Assembly (NCBI GenBank): GCA_022565745.1
Contig: JAIUMB010000001.1
Coordinates: forward strand, 1-51,921
Origin: Cryomorphaceae bacterium
Lineage (GTDB): Bacteria > Bacteroidota > Bacteroidia > Flavobacteriales > Schleiferiaceae
Direction of reading: 5' to 3'
DNA length: 51,921 bases
Shown: in pieces, positions 8,213 through 17,165 of the stretch
How the letters are laid out: the number at the start of each line of letters is the position of its first letter
How positions within the stretch are numbered: the stretch's first letter is position 1
Notes under the pieces: generated by a model
What the model was told of the DNA's origin: nothing
Databases searched by the model: none
Seen by the model: the letters and a program-made list of their open reading frames with translations, nothing else
Made by a program: the position numbers and the translations under genes

Positions 8213-8244
8213 AAAAAAAGCCATCTATTACGATGGCTTTTTTT
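8213..8244. terminator. Bidirectional terminator, downstream of dnaK on the minus strand
   Basis: A7, then AGCCATC-TATTAC-GATGGCT, then T7. Perfect 7-bp stem. Confidence 0.7.
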
Positions 8245-8264
8245 GTGTTAAAACAGTCGATAAA

Positions 8265-10172
8265 TTACTTTTTATCGTCATCGTTTACCTCTTCGTACTC
8301 AACGTCGGTTACATCATCAGCACCTGGACCGCTACCGGCTTGGTCTCCTTCAGCTTGCTGTCCAGCTTCCTGCTGCGCTTTGTAGAGATCTTCCGAAGCG
8401 TTTTTCCACGCTTCATTGACTTTCTCTGTAGCTGCGTCAATGGCGGCAAGGTCTTGCTTGCTGTGTGCTTCTTTTAATTCGTTGATGGCACTTTCTACGG
8501 CCGACTTCTTATCATCTGGAAGTTTATCTCCAAACTCTTTTAATTGCTTTTCACTTTGGAAAATCATTCCGTCGGCAGCATTGAGCTTGTCGATGCGCTC
8601 TTTTGCTTGTTTATCAGCGTCAGCGTTAGCTTCGGCTTCTTGTTTCATCTTCTCGATTTCTTCCTTAGACAAACCAGATGAAGCTTCAATGCGGATGCTT
8701 TGCTCTTTACCGGTATTTTGGTCTTTGGCAGACACGTTAAGGATACCATTGGCATCGATGTCGAATGTCACTTCAATCTTTGGTACCCCGCGTGGTGCAG
8801 GTGGAATACCGTCTAAGTGGAAGCGACCGATGGTTTTGTTGTCACTCGCCATAGAACGCTCACCTTGGAGAACGTGAATTTCTACTGAAGGCTGATTGTC
8901 AGCAGCAGTAGAGAAGGTCTCACTCTTCTTCGTTGGTATGGTTGTATTGGCTTCAATGAGCTTGGTAAATACACCACCCATGGTTTCGATACCTAGAGAA
9001 AGCGGTGTTACGTCAAGAAGCAATACATCTTTTACATCACCGGTAAGAACCCCACCCTGGATAGACGCACCAAGGGCAACAACTTCATCAGGATTTACGC
9101 CCTTCGAAGGTTCCTTTCCAAAGAAGCTTTTAACAGCTTCTTGAATGGCGGGAATTCGTGTTGATCCACCTACAAGAATAACTTCATCAATATCCGCAGG
9201 TTTTAAACCGGCTTTTTCTAATGCGTTTTTTGCCGGGTCAATGGTGCGCTTGATAAGGCTATCGGCTAAGCTTTCAAACTTGGAGCGACTAAGTGTTTTC
9301 ACCAAGTGCTTCGGTCCGGAAGCTGTAGCAGTAACATAAGGCAGGTTGATTTCTGTACTTGAGCTGGAAGACAATTCAATTTTTGCTTTTTCAGCGGCGT
9401 CTTTTAAACGTTGAAGAGCCATAGCGTCTTTGCGCAAATCAATATCTTCTTCATTTTTAAATTCATCGGCCAACCAGTCAATGATAACTTGGTCAAAGTC
9501 ATCACCACCTAGGTGTGTATCTCCTTCGGTTGAACGCACTTCAAATACACCATCCCCAAGTTCAAGAATAGAAACGTCATGTGTACCACCACCGCAGTCA
9601 AATACGGCGATTTTCATGTCTTTCCCACGCTTGTCAATACCGTATGCTAATGCTGCTGCGGTAGGTTCATTGATGATACGACGCACCTTTAAACCAGCAA
9701 TTTCACCGGCTTCTTTCGTGGCTTGACGCTCAGCATCATTGAAGTAAGCAGGAACAGTAATAACAGCTTCTGTAACGGTTTGTCCGAGATAATCTTCCGC
9801 CGTTTTCTTCATTTTTTGCAAAATCATTGCAGAAATCTCTTGAGGCGTATAGCTACGTCCATCAATATCAACACGTGGTGTGTCGTTATCTCCTTTTACA
9901 ACTTTATAAGGTACACGTGAAATTTCTTTAGCGCTTCCGCTGAAAGACGCCCCCATGAAACGCTTGATGGAGAAAATGGTTTTTTCTGGATTGGTGATGG
10001 CTTGCCGTTTTGCCGGATCACCAATCTTGCGCTCACCTCCTTCTACAAATGCAACTATAGATGGGGTCGTGCGTTTTCCTTCGCTGTTTGGAATAACCAC
10101 TGGTTCGTTACCTTCCATTACGGCAACACAAGAGTTGGTTGTTCCTAAGTCAATACCAATTATTTTACTCAT
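8265..10172 (-). CDS. dnaK: Molecular chaperone DnaK (Hsp70)
   Basis: 635 aa. [22 protein letters not shown]-like region ([13 protein letters not shown]), [14 protein letters not shown], and an acidic C-terminal tail. Confidence 0.97.
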   Translation of the reverse strand: MSKIIGIDLGTTNSCVAVMEGNEPVVIPNSEGKRTTPSIVAFVEGGERKIGDPAKRQAITNPEKTIFSIKRFMGASFSGSAKEISRVPYKVVKGDNDTPRVDIDGRSYTPQEISAMILQKMKKTAEDYLGQTVTEAVITVPAYFNDAERQATKEAGEIAGLKVRRIINEPTAAALAYGIDKRGKDMKIAVFDCGGGTHDVSILELGDGVFEVRSTEGDTHLGGDDFDQVIIDWLADEFKNEEDIDLRKDAMALQRLKDAAEKAKIELSSSSSTEINLPYVTATASGPKHLVKTLSRSKFESLADSLIKRTIDPAKNALEKAGLKPADIDEVILVGGSTRIPAIQEAVKSFFGKEPSKGVNPDEVVALGASIQGGVLTGDVKDVLLLDVTPLSLGIETMGGVFTKLIEANTTIPTKKSETFSTAADNQPSVEIHVLQGERSMASDNKTIGRFHLDGIPPAPRGVPKIEVTFDIDANGILNVSAKDQNTGKEQSIRIEASSGLSKEEIEKMKQEAEANADADKQAKERIDKLNAADGMIFQSEKQLKEFGDKLPDDKKSAVESAINELKEAHSKQDLAAIDAATEKVNEAWKNASEDLYKAQQEAGQQAEGDQAGSGPGADDVTDVEYEEVNDDDKK

Positions 10173-10302
10173 GATACGATTTTTTTCGTTTTCAATATTT
10201 TAATTCTCTTTGCTCAATTGATATGCCATGAGACAAGCGGTGACGGAATTGCGGCTTTTTGGCTGTCAGTATGGGGTAATTACTGACAATTTAGCACAAA
10301 TG

Positions 10303-12018
10303 TCATACTTCGCCATATTTTGCGAGGGTCTGTGTCACGTTGTATGCGTGGTCAGCCATTCGTTCAAGTTCACTGAGGATATCCATATAAAATAGACCAC
10401 TTTGGATGGTGAACTTACCTTTTTCGATATTAGACAGGTAGTTATCGCGCAATAGAATGTACTGATTGTTGATGTCGTTTTCAAGTGCCTTTGCAGATGA
10501 TGGGTCGTGTTTATTAAGTAAAAACCCTTCCTCCATGGTATCCATGGCTTTTTCTACCAGGGTCATCATGTTTAATATGTTATTGCGTTGCTCGGGGGTG
10601 AAATATGCTTTTTGTTCTTTGTGGTTTACTAAATTATACGCGCTTTTCACCATCAAGTCGGTGGAGCGTTCCAAGTAATTGGCGGCACTCATTAAGGCTC
10701 TTATTTCCATACTTAACCTGCCATCGAGTTTTTGTTCTGAGACTTTGGTTAAAAATTTCAATATACCAAACTCTGATGCATCGCTCATTTGCTCCGCTTG
10801 CCTTACTTTTTCTAAATAATTTTTTGATACCGCTAATTCTCCTTCCATGAGCATTTTTGGTAAGATTTGAAAGGTGCGTTGATTGAGCTTCACCATGGTA
10901 TGAATCTCTTTTTTAGCGCGTAGTATGGCCATCAATGGAGCCGTCACTTGTGTGTTGGTAAAGAGTTCACTGTCTAGATTGCCACCAAGTTTAATTTGCC
11001 CCTTAAAAACAGCGTTACAAAGGCGAATAAGTGATGGAATGGCAAACAAAAAAATGCTGACGTTTATGACGTTAAATAAGGTGTGAAAAACCGCTAACGC
11101 CATGGGAATGGCACGAGTGCTTTCGTTGGGGTCTTTTCCAGAAAATAAAATGGTGATGTCCGTTGTGAAACGCAGCAAAACATCAAACAACAAAATGGCC
11201 CAGATACTCCCCAAAGCATTGATGAGGAAATGAGCAAATGCAGCGCGTTTCGCTTGTATGTTGCCTATTAAAGCCGCGATATTGGCCGTTGCAGTGGTTC
11301 CAATGTTTTCTCCCAAAACCAAAGCCATGGCAAATGGAAGTGGTATCCATCCCTTGGCGGTCATCACCAATGTAATTGCCACAGCTGCGGTTGATGACTG
11401 AACGATTACAGCCACTATAGCACCAATGCCCATAAACATGAGCAGATATAGAAGACGACCAAAGTACGGTGTGTTGTCAAACTCATAAGCCTTTAAAAAT
11501 TGCAGCAATTCAGGGTTTGCTTGAAGATCTGGTGCATACATCTGCATGGCGTTGATTCCAATAAAGAGCAAACCAATACCGACGACAAACTCTCCACTGG
11601 AAACCACGCGCTCTTTCTTATTGAAAAGTAAAATAACTCCAATGAACACCATCCCGAAGGAAATGACGGCTGAGTCTATAACGCCAAACTCAACCAATGT
11701 TAGCAACCATGCCGTGATGGTGGTGCCGATATTTGCTCCGAGAATGACGCCAATGGATTGCGCTAAGTTGAGAATACCTGCATTGGCCAATCCAACAACG
11801 ATTACCGATGTTACAGATGAAGACTGCAGTAAAAAGGTTGCAAACATCCCTGTTAACAAACCATAATACTTATTGGCTGTCATTGTGGTTACTACGGCCT
11901 TAAATTTCGAGCCGGCAGATTTTTGTATGCCGTCGCTCATGACCTTCATGCCAAAAATGAAGAGTCCAACGCTTCCTAATAGTTGGATAAATTGCAGCCA
12001 AGTGTAACCCATGAGCAA
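10303..12018 (-). CDS. Na+/phosphate cotransporter family protein (NptA-like) with a C-terminal PhoU-like domain
   Basis: 571 aa. Duplicated Na/Pi repeats (LLQSSSVTSVIVVGL.. and VQSSTAAVAITLV..) followed by a helical cytoplasmic C-terminal domain. Confidence 0.8.
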   Translation of the reverse strand: MLMGYTWLQFIQLLGSVGLFIFGMKVMSDGIQKSAGSKFKAVVTTMTANKYYGLLTGMFATFLLQSSSVTSVIVVGLANAGILNLAQSIGVILGANIGTTITAWLLTLVEFGVIDSAVISFGMVFIGVILLFNKKERVVSSGEFVVGIGLLFIGINAMQMYAPDLQANPELLQFLKAYEFDNTPYFGRLLYLLMFMGIGAIVAVIVQSSTAAVAITLVMTAKGWIPLPFAMALVLGENIGTTATANIAALIGNIQAKRAAFAHFLINALGSIWAILLFDVLLRFTTDITILFSGKDPNESTRAIPMALAVFHTLFNVINVSIFLFAIPSLIRLCNAVFKGQIKLGGNLDSELFTNTQVTAPLMAILRAKKEIHTMVKLNQRTFQILPKMLMEGELAVSKNYLEKVRQAEQMSDASEFGILKFLTKVSEQKLDGRLSMEIRALMSAANYLERSTDLMVKSAYNLVNHKEQKAYFTPEQRNNILNMMTLVEKAMDTMEEGFLLNKHDPSSAKALENDINNQYILLRDNYLSNIEKGKFTIQSGLFYMDILSELERMADHAYNVTQTLAKYGEV

Positions 12019-12130
12019 ATGAAGTGTAGACGGCGAAAATATGAATTATCCGCTTATGAAGTGTTACATTAATGTTTTAATGTGAGCTGCGGTATTAATG
12101 GCTGAAAATATGTGCGTTGTTTTAAGACAT

Positions 12131-13582
12131 TTACTCATCATTGAGATACCCCGATAAGGTATCAAAGAAAGTGGTTTTCCCGTCGTAAGTCTCCCTGCTT
12201 AAGCGATTGCGAAGGCAAAGTGCCCAAAGTACTGTTTCCATGAAAAAATAGCGCTCGTCTTTTATATCATCGGTCAGGTATCGATCAACCAATTCACCAA
12301 GCGCAGGAATACCATCTAAGGTGTCGCGATACACACCATCATCGGAGGTAGAGTCAAGTTGTATTTCGCGATTACTCTCAAACCAACGAACGATTTTGTT
12401 GTATGGGTGTCCTTCGTCAGATGATTTGATTTTATCCATAGCGGGGAAGTTAAACTCAGCGAGCAAGGCGTGTAATGCGGTGCTGATTAAGTTTTCAGCG
12501 ACATCTAAACCGCCGATCTGTTCTCCTTCATAAACCAATTCTACCTTACCTATTATGGCTGGTATAATGGCTAAAAAATCTACGGGCCTAAATGAGGTTG
12601 ATTGGGTATTATTAATCAGTGCCCGTTCTTCAGCTGCGGCATACAAAAGCTCTCTCGCAGCAATGCCCAAACGAACAGATACACCACTTTTTTGATCAAT
12701 ATAACTGCTTTCACGTGCCTCTTCCATCAATAGGTGTAAGCTTGTGCCAACGCTAGTCATCCATGGTGCTATATTGGTGTTTTTAACTTTTGCTTCTTGC
12801 GCATAGATGATTTCAGCGGCTTCTCTTTCGGGGTAATGGGTGAGAATTTGAGAACCAATGCGGTCTTTTAACGGGGTAATGATGCTGCCACGCTGAGTAT
12901 AATCCTCTGGATTAGCGGTAAAGACAAAGTGGGTATCTAAATTCATTCTCAATTGAAACCCTCGTATCTGTATGTCGCCTTCTTGCAGCGCATTAAACAA
13001 GGCGACTTGAATCCTTGGTTGAAGGTCAGAAAGTTCGTTGATGACAAAAATACAGCGATGTGCTCGCGGAATCATTCCAAAGTTGATGACGCGTTCATCT
13101 GAGAAGTTTAGTTTTTCGTTTGCTGCTTTTACCGGATCAATATCTCCAACCAAATCGGCAATGGTAACATCTGGAGTGGCTAATTTTTCAAAGTACCTTT
13201 CGTTGCGGTGAATCCAGCAGATGGGCGCATTGTCACCATGTTTTTCAATAAGCTCTTTTCCTTCTTTGGTAATAGGTTTGAATGGGTCTTCCAAGACTTC
13301 CGTTCCATCTAAAGCGGGAATGTATTCGTCGAGAAAAGAAACCAATTGTCGAGCCATCCTGGTTTTACCTTGGCCGCGTAGTCCGAGGAAGTTGATGTTG
13401 TGTCCGGCCAGTATAGCCCGAATAATTTGGGGTTCAACAGAATCGCTGTAACCGTGAATGCCCTCAAAGAGCGCATCATTGTTTTTTATTTTGGCAATAA
13501 TATTGTCTCGTAATTCGTCTTTGACTGATTTTGACGTGTATTGACTTTCTCTTAATGCACCTAGTGTTTTTGCTTTTATCAT
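12131..13582 (-). CDS. AAA+ ATPase of the Mg-chelatase ChlI/BchI-like family
   Basis: 483 aa. Walker A is GLRGQGKT. A ChlI-type segment FVFTANPEDYTQRGSIITPLKDRIG parallels xxNPEEGxLRPQLLDRF. The expected Walker B reads IFVINE. Confidence 0.7.
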   Translation of the reverse strand: MIKAKTLGALRESQYTSKSVKDELRDNIIAKIKNNDALFEGIHGYSDSVEPQIIRAILAGHNINFLGLRGQGKTRMARQLVSFLDEYIPALDGTEVLEDPFKPITKEGKELIEKHGDNAPICWIHRNERYFEKLATPDVTIADLVGDIDPVKAANEKLNFSDERVINFGMIPRAHRCIFVINELSDLQPRIQVALFNALQEGDIQIRGFQLRMNLDTHFVFTANPEDYTQRGSIITPLKDRIGSQILTHYPEREAAEIIYAQEAKVKNTNIAPWMTSVGTSLHLLMEEARESSYIDQKSGVSVRLGIAARELLYAAAEERALINNTQSTSFRPVDFLAIIPAIIGKVELVYEGEQIGGLDVAENLISTALHALLAEFNFPAMDKIKSSDEGHPYNKIVRWFESNREIQLDSTSDDGVYRDTLDGIPALGELVDRYLTDDIKDERYFFMETVLWALCLRNRLSRETYDGKTTFFDTLSGYLNDE

Positions 13583-13668
13583 GGTTTTAAAGGCTTTTTA
13601 GTTGTGGTATGGAACCCTCATTACGTTTATTCTCAGGTATGAAAAACCGGGTTTGCCAGAGGGGTTAA

Positions 13669-14772
13669 TTAATTTCTTCGTTTGCGATTGTTTTGATAAT
13701 CGTGGAAAATGATTTCGCCCAAGTCATCCAATCCGGTAAATAATGCTTTACCGTTGTTAACTTCCGAAAAACGGTCAATAAACGCCATCAAATAAGGGTC
13801 TTGGGCAATCATAAATGTGGTAATGGGAATGTTGTTTTTCTTGCACTCTGCGGCTTTTTGTAGACATTTATTGACAATATAGTCATCCAGCCCCATGCTG
13901 TTTTTGTAATATGTGCCATCGGGTTCTTTTATGCAAGATGGTTTCCCGTCGGTAATCATCATAATTTGCTTGTTGGCACTGCGTTTTTTGCGCAAAATAT
14001 CCAAAGCCAATTCTAATCCAGCCACGGTATTGGTGTGGTATGGTCCAACATTTAGGTAGGGGAGTTCTTTGAGTGGCACTGGCCAGGCATCGTTCCCGAA
14101 AACAATGATGTCTAAGCTGTCTTTGGGATATTTGGTGGTAATTAATTCACTTAACGCCAAGGCAACTTTCTTTGCCGGAGTAATACGATCTTCGCCGTAG
14201 AGAATCATACTGTGACTGATGTCTATCATCAATACGGTGGCCACAGAAGAGTGGTAAACACCTTCATACACCTCCAAGTCTTCCGGCAAAAGCCCCGGAT
14301 CTTTGATGCCTCCGCGAACCATGGCATTTCGCAAACTATTAGTCATATCAATATGTTCGACGGAGTCACCAAATTGATATGGACGAGTACCCTCGGTTTC
14401 ATCGGACCTACTTTTCCCGGCTTTATTGAGACGATGTTGTCCTAAATGACTCTTCTTGAGTTTGCCAAAAATATTCAACATCGCTTGTTTGCGAATGATG
14501 CGCTCTGTTTTTTCAGAAATAGAACGCTTAGGCAAGCCGCCAGGTGTATTGATTTCTTCTCGAAGCAATCCTCTTTCTTTGAGTTCTTCTACAAAATCGT
14601 CAATGGTATAGCTTTGATCTGTTATTTCATATTGCTTGTCCAATTCTTCAAGCCAATCTAAAGCCTCATCAACATCGCCTGAAGTATAAAGTATGAGCTC
14701 TCGAAAAACCGAAAAAAGCTTATCGAAATTGGATTTATGTGGCGAAACATATGGTACAAAGGCGTATCTCAT
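13669..14772 (-). CDS. VWA domain protein (CoxE/ChlD-like partner of the upstream AAA+ ATPase)
   Basis: 367 aa. MIDAS motif MIDISHSM (DxSxS), later MITDGKPS. The N-terminal ~170 aa are helical and acidic. Sits 86 nt upstream of the AAA+ gene on the same strand. Confidence 0.7.
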   Translation of the reverse strand: MRYAFVPYVSPHKSNFDKLFSVFRELILYTSGDVDEALDWLEELDKQYEITDQSYTIDDFVEELKERGLLREEINTPGGLPKRSISEKTERIIRKQAMLNIFGKLKKSHLGQHRLNKAGKSRSDETEGTRPYQFGDSVEHIDMTNSLRNAMVRGGIKDPGLLPEDLEVYEGVYHSSVATVLMIDISHSMILYGEDRITPAKKVALALSELITTKYPKDSLDIIVFGNDAWPVPLKELPYLNVGPYHTNTVAGLELALDILRKKRSANKQIMMITDGKPSCIKEPDGTYYKNSMGLDDYIVNKCLQKAAECKKNNIPITTFMIAQDPYLMAFIDRFSEVNNGKALFTGLDDLGEIIFHDYQNNRKRRN

Positions 14773-14812
14773 AAATGATTAAACAACTATTCATAAATGA
14801 TTAAACAACTAT
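14769..14812. repeat. Perfect 22-bp tandem duplication spanning the VWA start codon
   Basis: TCATAAATGATTAAACAACTAT occurs twice back to back (14769..14790 and 14791..14812). Copy 1 contains the ATG (14772..14770, minus strand) and the 18 nt 5' of it. Confidence 0.9.
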
Positions 14813-14839
14813 ATTGGTTGGTTGTTTTCGCAAATTAAA

Positions 14840-16000
14840 TTAAGATTTTTTTTCCTCTGTGCCGTCTACATATTTCGCAAATCTTCCTTTACTACGATCG
14901 TGAACTTGGTCGTAACGACTCCAGGGCCAACCGCCAAATCGATTGCGTTGGTAGTCGGCAAAGGCCTGCTGGATTTCTTGTCTTGAATTCATGACAAATG
15001 GTCCGTGTTGTACCACTGGTTCGTTGATGGGACGGCCTTGCAGGACAAGGATTTTTACCGCGTTTTGTCCATTTTTAATTTGTAAATCGTGGGCAGCATC
15101 GACATCAACCGCATGATAATCGGGTATGGCTTTTCCTGCTACTTCAACACCACTACCTTCGTATACGTATAGCGTGCGATTAATACCGCTCTCTGTTTTC
15201 GGTAACACCATTTCAGCCCCCGGATCAAAATGTAGGTTGTATACACCTACGTGGTTGGCTGGATCGTGTGCCCACGAATCTTTTGGTGGCTTGGGTGATG
15301 ATTGGCCAAAGAGTGTCCCTGCCAAAACTTCTATATACACGTTGTTTTTATTAAAATTGGGAATGTTTTCGCTCCAAAACATTTTGTAGTCAGGCTGGGC
15401 CATTTTACTCTTTCTCGGTAAGTTAAGCCATATTTGAAACAATTCCAGTGGGTTGTCTTTATTGGAATGAATCAAAGGAAACATTTCGGAGTGCATCAGT
15501 CCTCTTCCTGCAGTCATCCATTGTAAATCTCCGTTGCCATACCTTCCGGCGCCACCAGCAGAGTCAGCATGATCAACCATGCCTTTTCGCACAACGGTGA
15601 GGGTTTCAAAGCCACGGTGAGGGTGACCGGGAAAACCGGGGATACGTTCTCCGTGGTACATGCGCCATCCGTCTTTGATGTGGAAGTCATTGCCAATATT
15701 TCTTCCGGCCAGTAATGAAGGATCTGGGCCCATTTCCTTGTTTCCTTTAGGGAACTTGTCTTCGTGATGTACACAAAACAAAAAAGGATCGAGTGTTTCC
15801 CACTGAAAACCCAAAGCCCGAATGCGTTTAATTTTACTCATGTCCTGTTGTTTGGAGTTGATATTATCTTTTTCATCTGATTTATTGACAAATAAAGCAC
15901 CCAACACAGGTGTTGCGGCTAGTGCCGTGGAACCAAGAACCAATTTGCTTAAAAATGTTCTTCGGTCCTGTTTTTTTGAATTTGAATTGCTGTTGCTCAT
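14840..16000 (-). CDS. Pirin-family (bicupin) protein with a twin-arginine (Tat) signal peptide
   Basis: 386 aa. N-terminus MSNSNSNSKKQDRRTFLSKLVLGSTALAATPVLG contains the Tat motif RRTFLSK. Pirin core: HPHRGFETLTVV...GDLQWMTAGRGLMHSEMF. Confidence 0.8.
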   Translation of the reverse strand: MSNSNSNSKKQDRRTFLSKLVLGSTALAATPVLGALFVNKSDEKDNINSKQQDMSKIKRIRALGFQWETLDPFLFCVHHEDKFPKGNKEMGPDPSLLAGRNIGNDFHIKDGWRMYHGERIPGFPGHPHRGFETLTVVRKGMVDHADSAGGAGRYGNGDLQWMTAGRGLMHSEMFPLIHSNKDNPLELFQIWLNLPRKSKMAQPDYKMFWSENIPNFNKNNVYIEVLAGTLFGQSSPKPPKDSWAHDPANHVGVYNLHFDPGAEMVLPKTESGINRTLYVYEGSGVEVAGKAIPDYHAVDVDAAHDLQIKNGQNAVKILVLQGRPINEPVVQHGPFVMNSRQEIQQAFADYQRNRFGGWPWSRYDQVHDRSKGRFAKYVDGTEEKKS

Positions 16001-16162
16001 CTCAAAATGTTTACTGTTTGAAACTTTCTTCGACTCTTTGCGATAGGGCTAAGTTACTCATGTAAGACCGATTATTGGCTTTGGTTGTTTTGTGTCATCG
16101 TTTTTTTTAATGCAGTTTAAGGATTAACAGACCGAGCCTATTGAATACTCAGGTATTTGTTA

Positions 16163-16193
16163 TTGCAACAACAATTATTGTCCGCTATCTTTG
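16163..16193 (+). promoter_or_regulatory. Candidate promoter of the ppx-like/GT2 unit
   Basis: TTG (16163..16165), 20 nt of spacer, then TATCTTTG (16186..16193). About 76 nt upstream of ATG 16270. Confidence 0.35.
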
Positions 16194-16269
16194 GCGAAAA
16201 TACTTGCCAAAAGTCTAGTTAATGGGATTTATGGACTTGAAGAATATTGTTGAATTTTGATTTTTAAAC

Positions 16270-17163
16270 ATGAACATCACTAAGCTGGCGGCCATTGATA
16301 TCGGGTCAAATTCTATTCGTTTACTGATTTCTAATGTGATAGAGTATCAAAATGAATCGCACATCAGAAAAAGTCAATTGGTTAGACTCCCCATTCGTTT
16401 GGGTGCCGATAGCTTTGTGGCGGGAAAAATCAGCGATAGAAATAAGGAGCGACTGATGTATGCCATGCAGTCGTATGCGTTGATAATGCAAGTAAATGAT
16501 GTTGCTCATATGCGTGCTTGTGCCACCAGTGCCATGCGCGACGCAGCAAATGGAGATGAAATTAGAGCACAGATAAAAGGTCAGACAGGCATTGATATTG
16601 AAATTATTGATGGCGATGAGGAGGCAAGGTTGATTTTACAAAACGATTTTCTTCGAGGATTGATTGAAGATGCCCGCGACTTTTTATACGTTGATGTTGG
16701 TGGAGGAAGCACGGAAATTACGGTTTTCAAAAATGGAGTAAGAGAAAAAGCACACTCATTCAATATAGGTACGGTTCGTTTGCTAAACAATGGGGTTAAC
16801 AATGTATCTTGGGATGAGATGAAAGCTTGGGTATACGCGGAAAGCAAACATCTGACACAACCGGTTATGGTCGGTAGTGGGGGTAACATCAACAGAACAT
16901 TGAAAATGTCGGGTAAACCATCGGGCAGTGCACTTACCCTTGACTACTTAGAAACACAATACGATTTTTTACGTCGGTTTACCAATGAAGAGCGCATTGT
17001 TCGCTTTGACCTAAATGTAGATCGTGCAGACGTTATATTGCATGCACTTCGCATCTACATCAACAATATGCGTTGGGCGGGAACTGAAAAAATATACGTA
17101 CCCAAAATTGGGTTATCAGACGGAATAGTCAGAGATTTACATCAACGTCTCAGTCAGAAATAA
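16270..17163 (+). CDS. Ppx/GppA-family phosphatase (short form, no C-terminal HD domain)
   Basis: 297 aa. AAIDIGSNSIRLLI, ATSAMRDAANG and DVGGGSTE are ASKHA-fold Ppx/GppA motifs. Confidence 0.8.
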   Translation: MNITKLAAIDIGSNSIRLLISNVIEYQNESHIRKSQLVRLPIRLGADSFVAGKISDRNKERLMYAMQSYALIMQVNDVAHMRACATSAMRDAANGDEIRAQIKGQTGIDIEIIDGDEEARLILQNDFLRGLIEDARDFLYVDVGGGSTEITVFKNGVREKAHSFNIGTVRLLNNGVNNVSWDEMKAWVYAESKHLTQPVMVGSGGNINRTLKMSGKPSGSALTLDYLETQYDFLRRFTNEERIVRFDLNVDRADVILHALRIYINNMRWAGTEKIYVPKIGLSDGIVRDLHQRLSQK

Positions 17164-17165
17164 AC

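Noticed and set aside
8416-10203. A series of + strand ORFs (153, 82, 64, 98, 65 and 82 aa) antisense to dnaK
   Set aside because: They are shadow frames of a highly expressed, codon-biased gene. They have low-complexity Ser/Pro-rich translations and no start context. Long antisense ORFs in hsp70 genes are a known compositional artefact.
10285-10302. TTAGCAC, resembling a CIRCE half-site, upstream of dnaK
   Set aside because: There is no matching GAGTGCTAA half 9 nt away. The site also lies at the stop-codon end of the Na/Pi transporter gene, about 120 nt upstream of the dnaK start codon.
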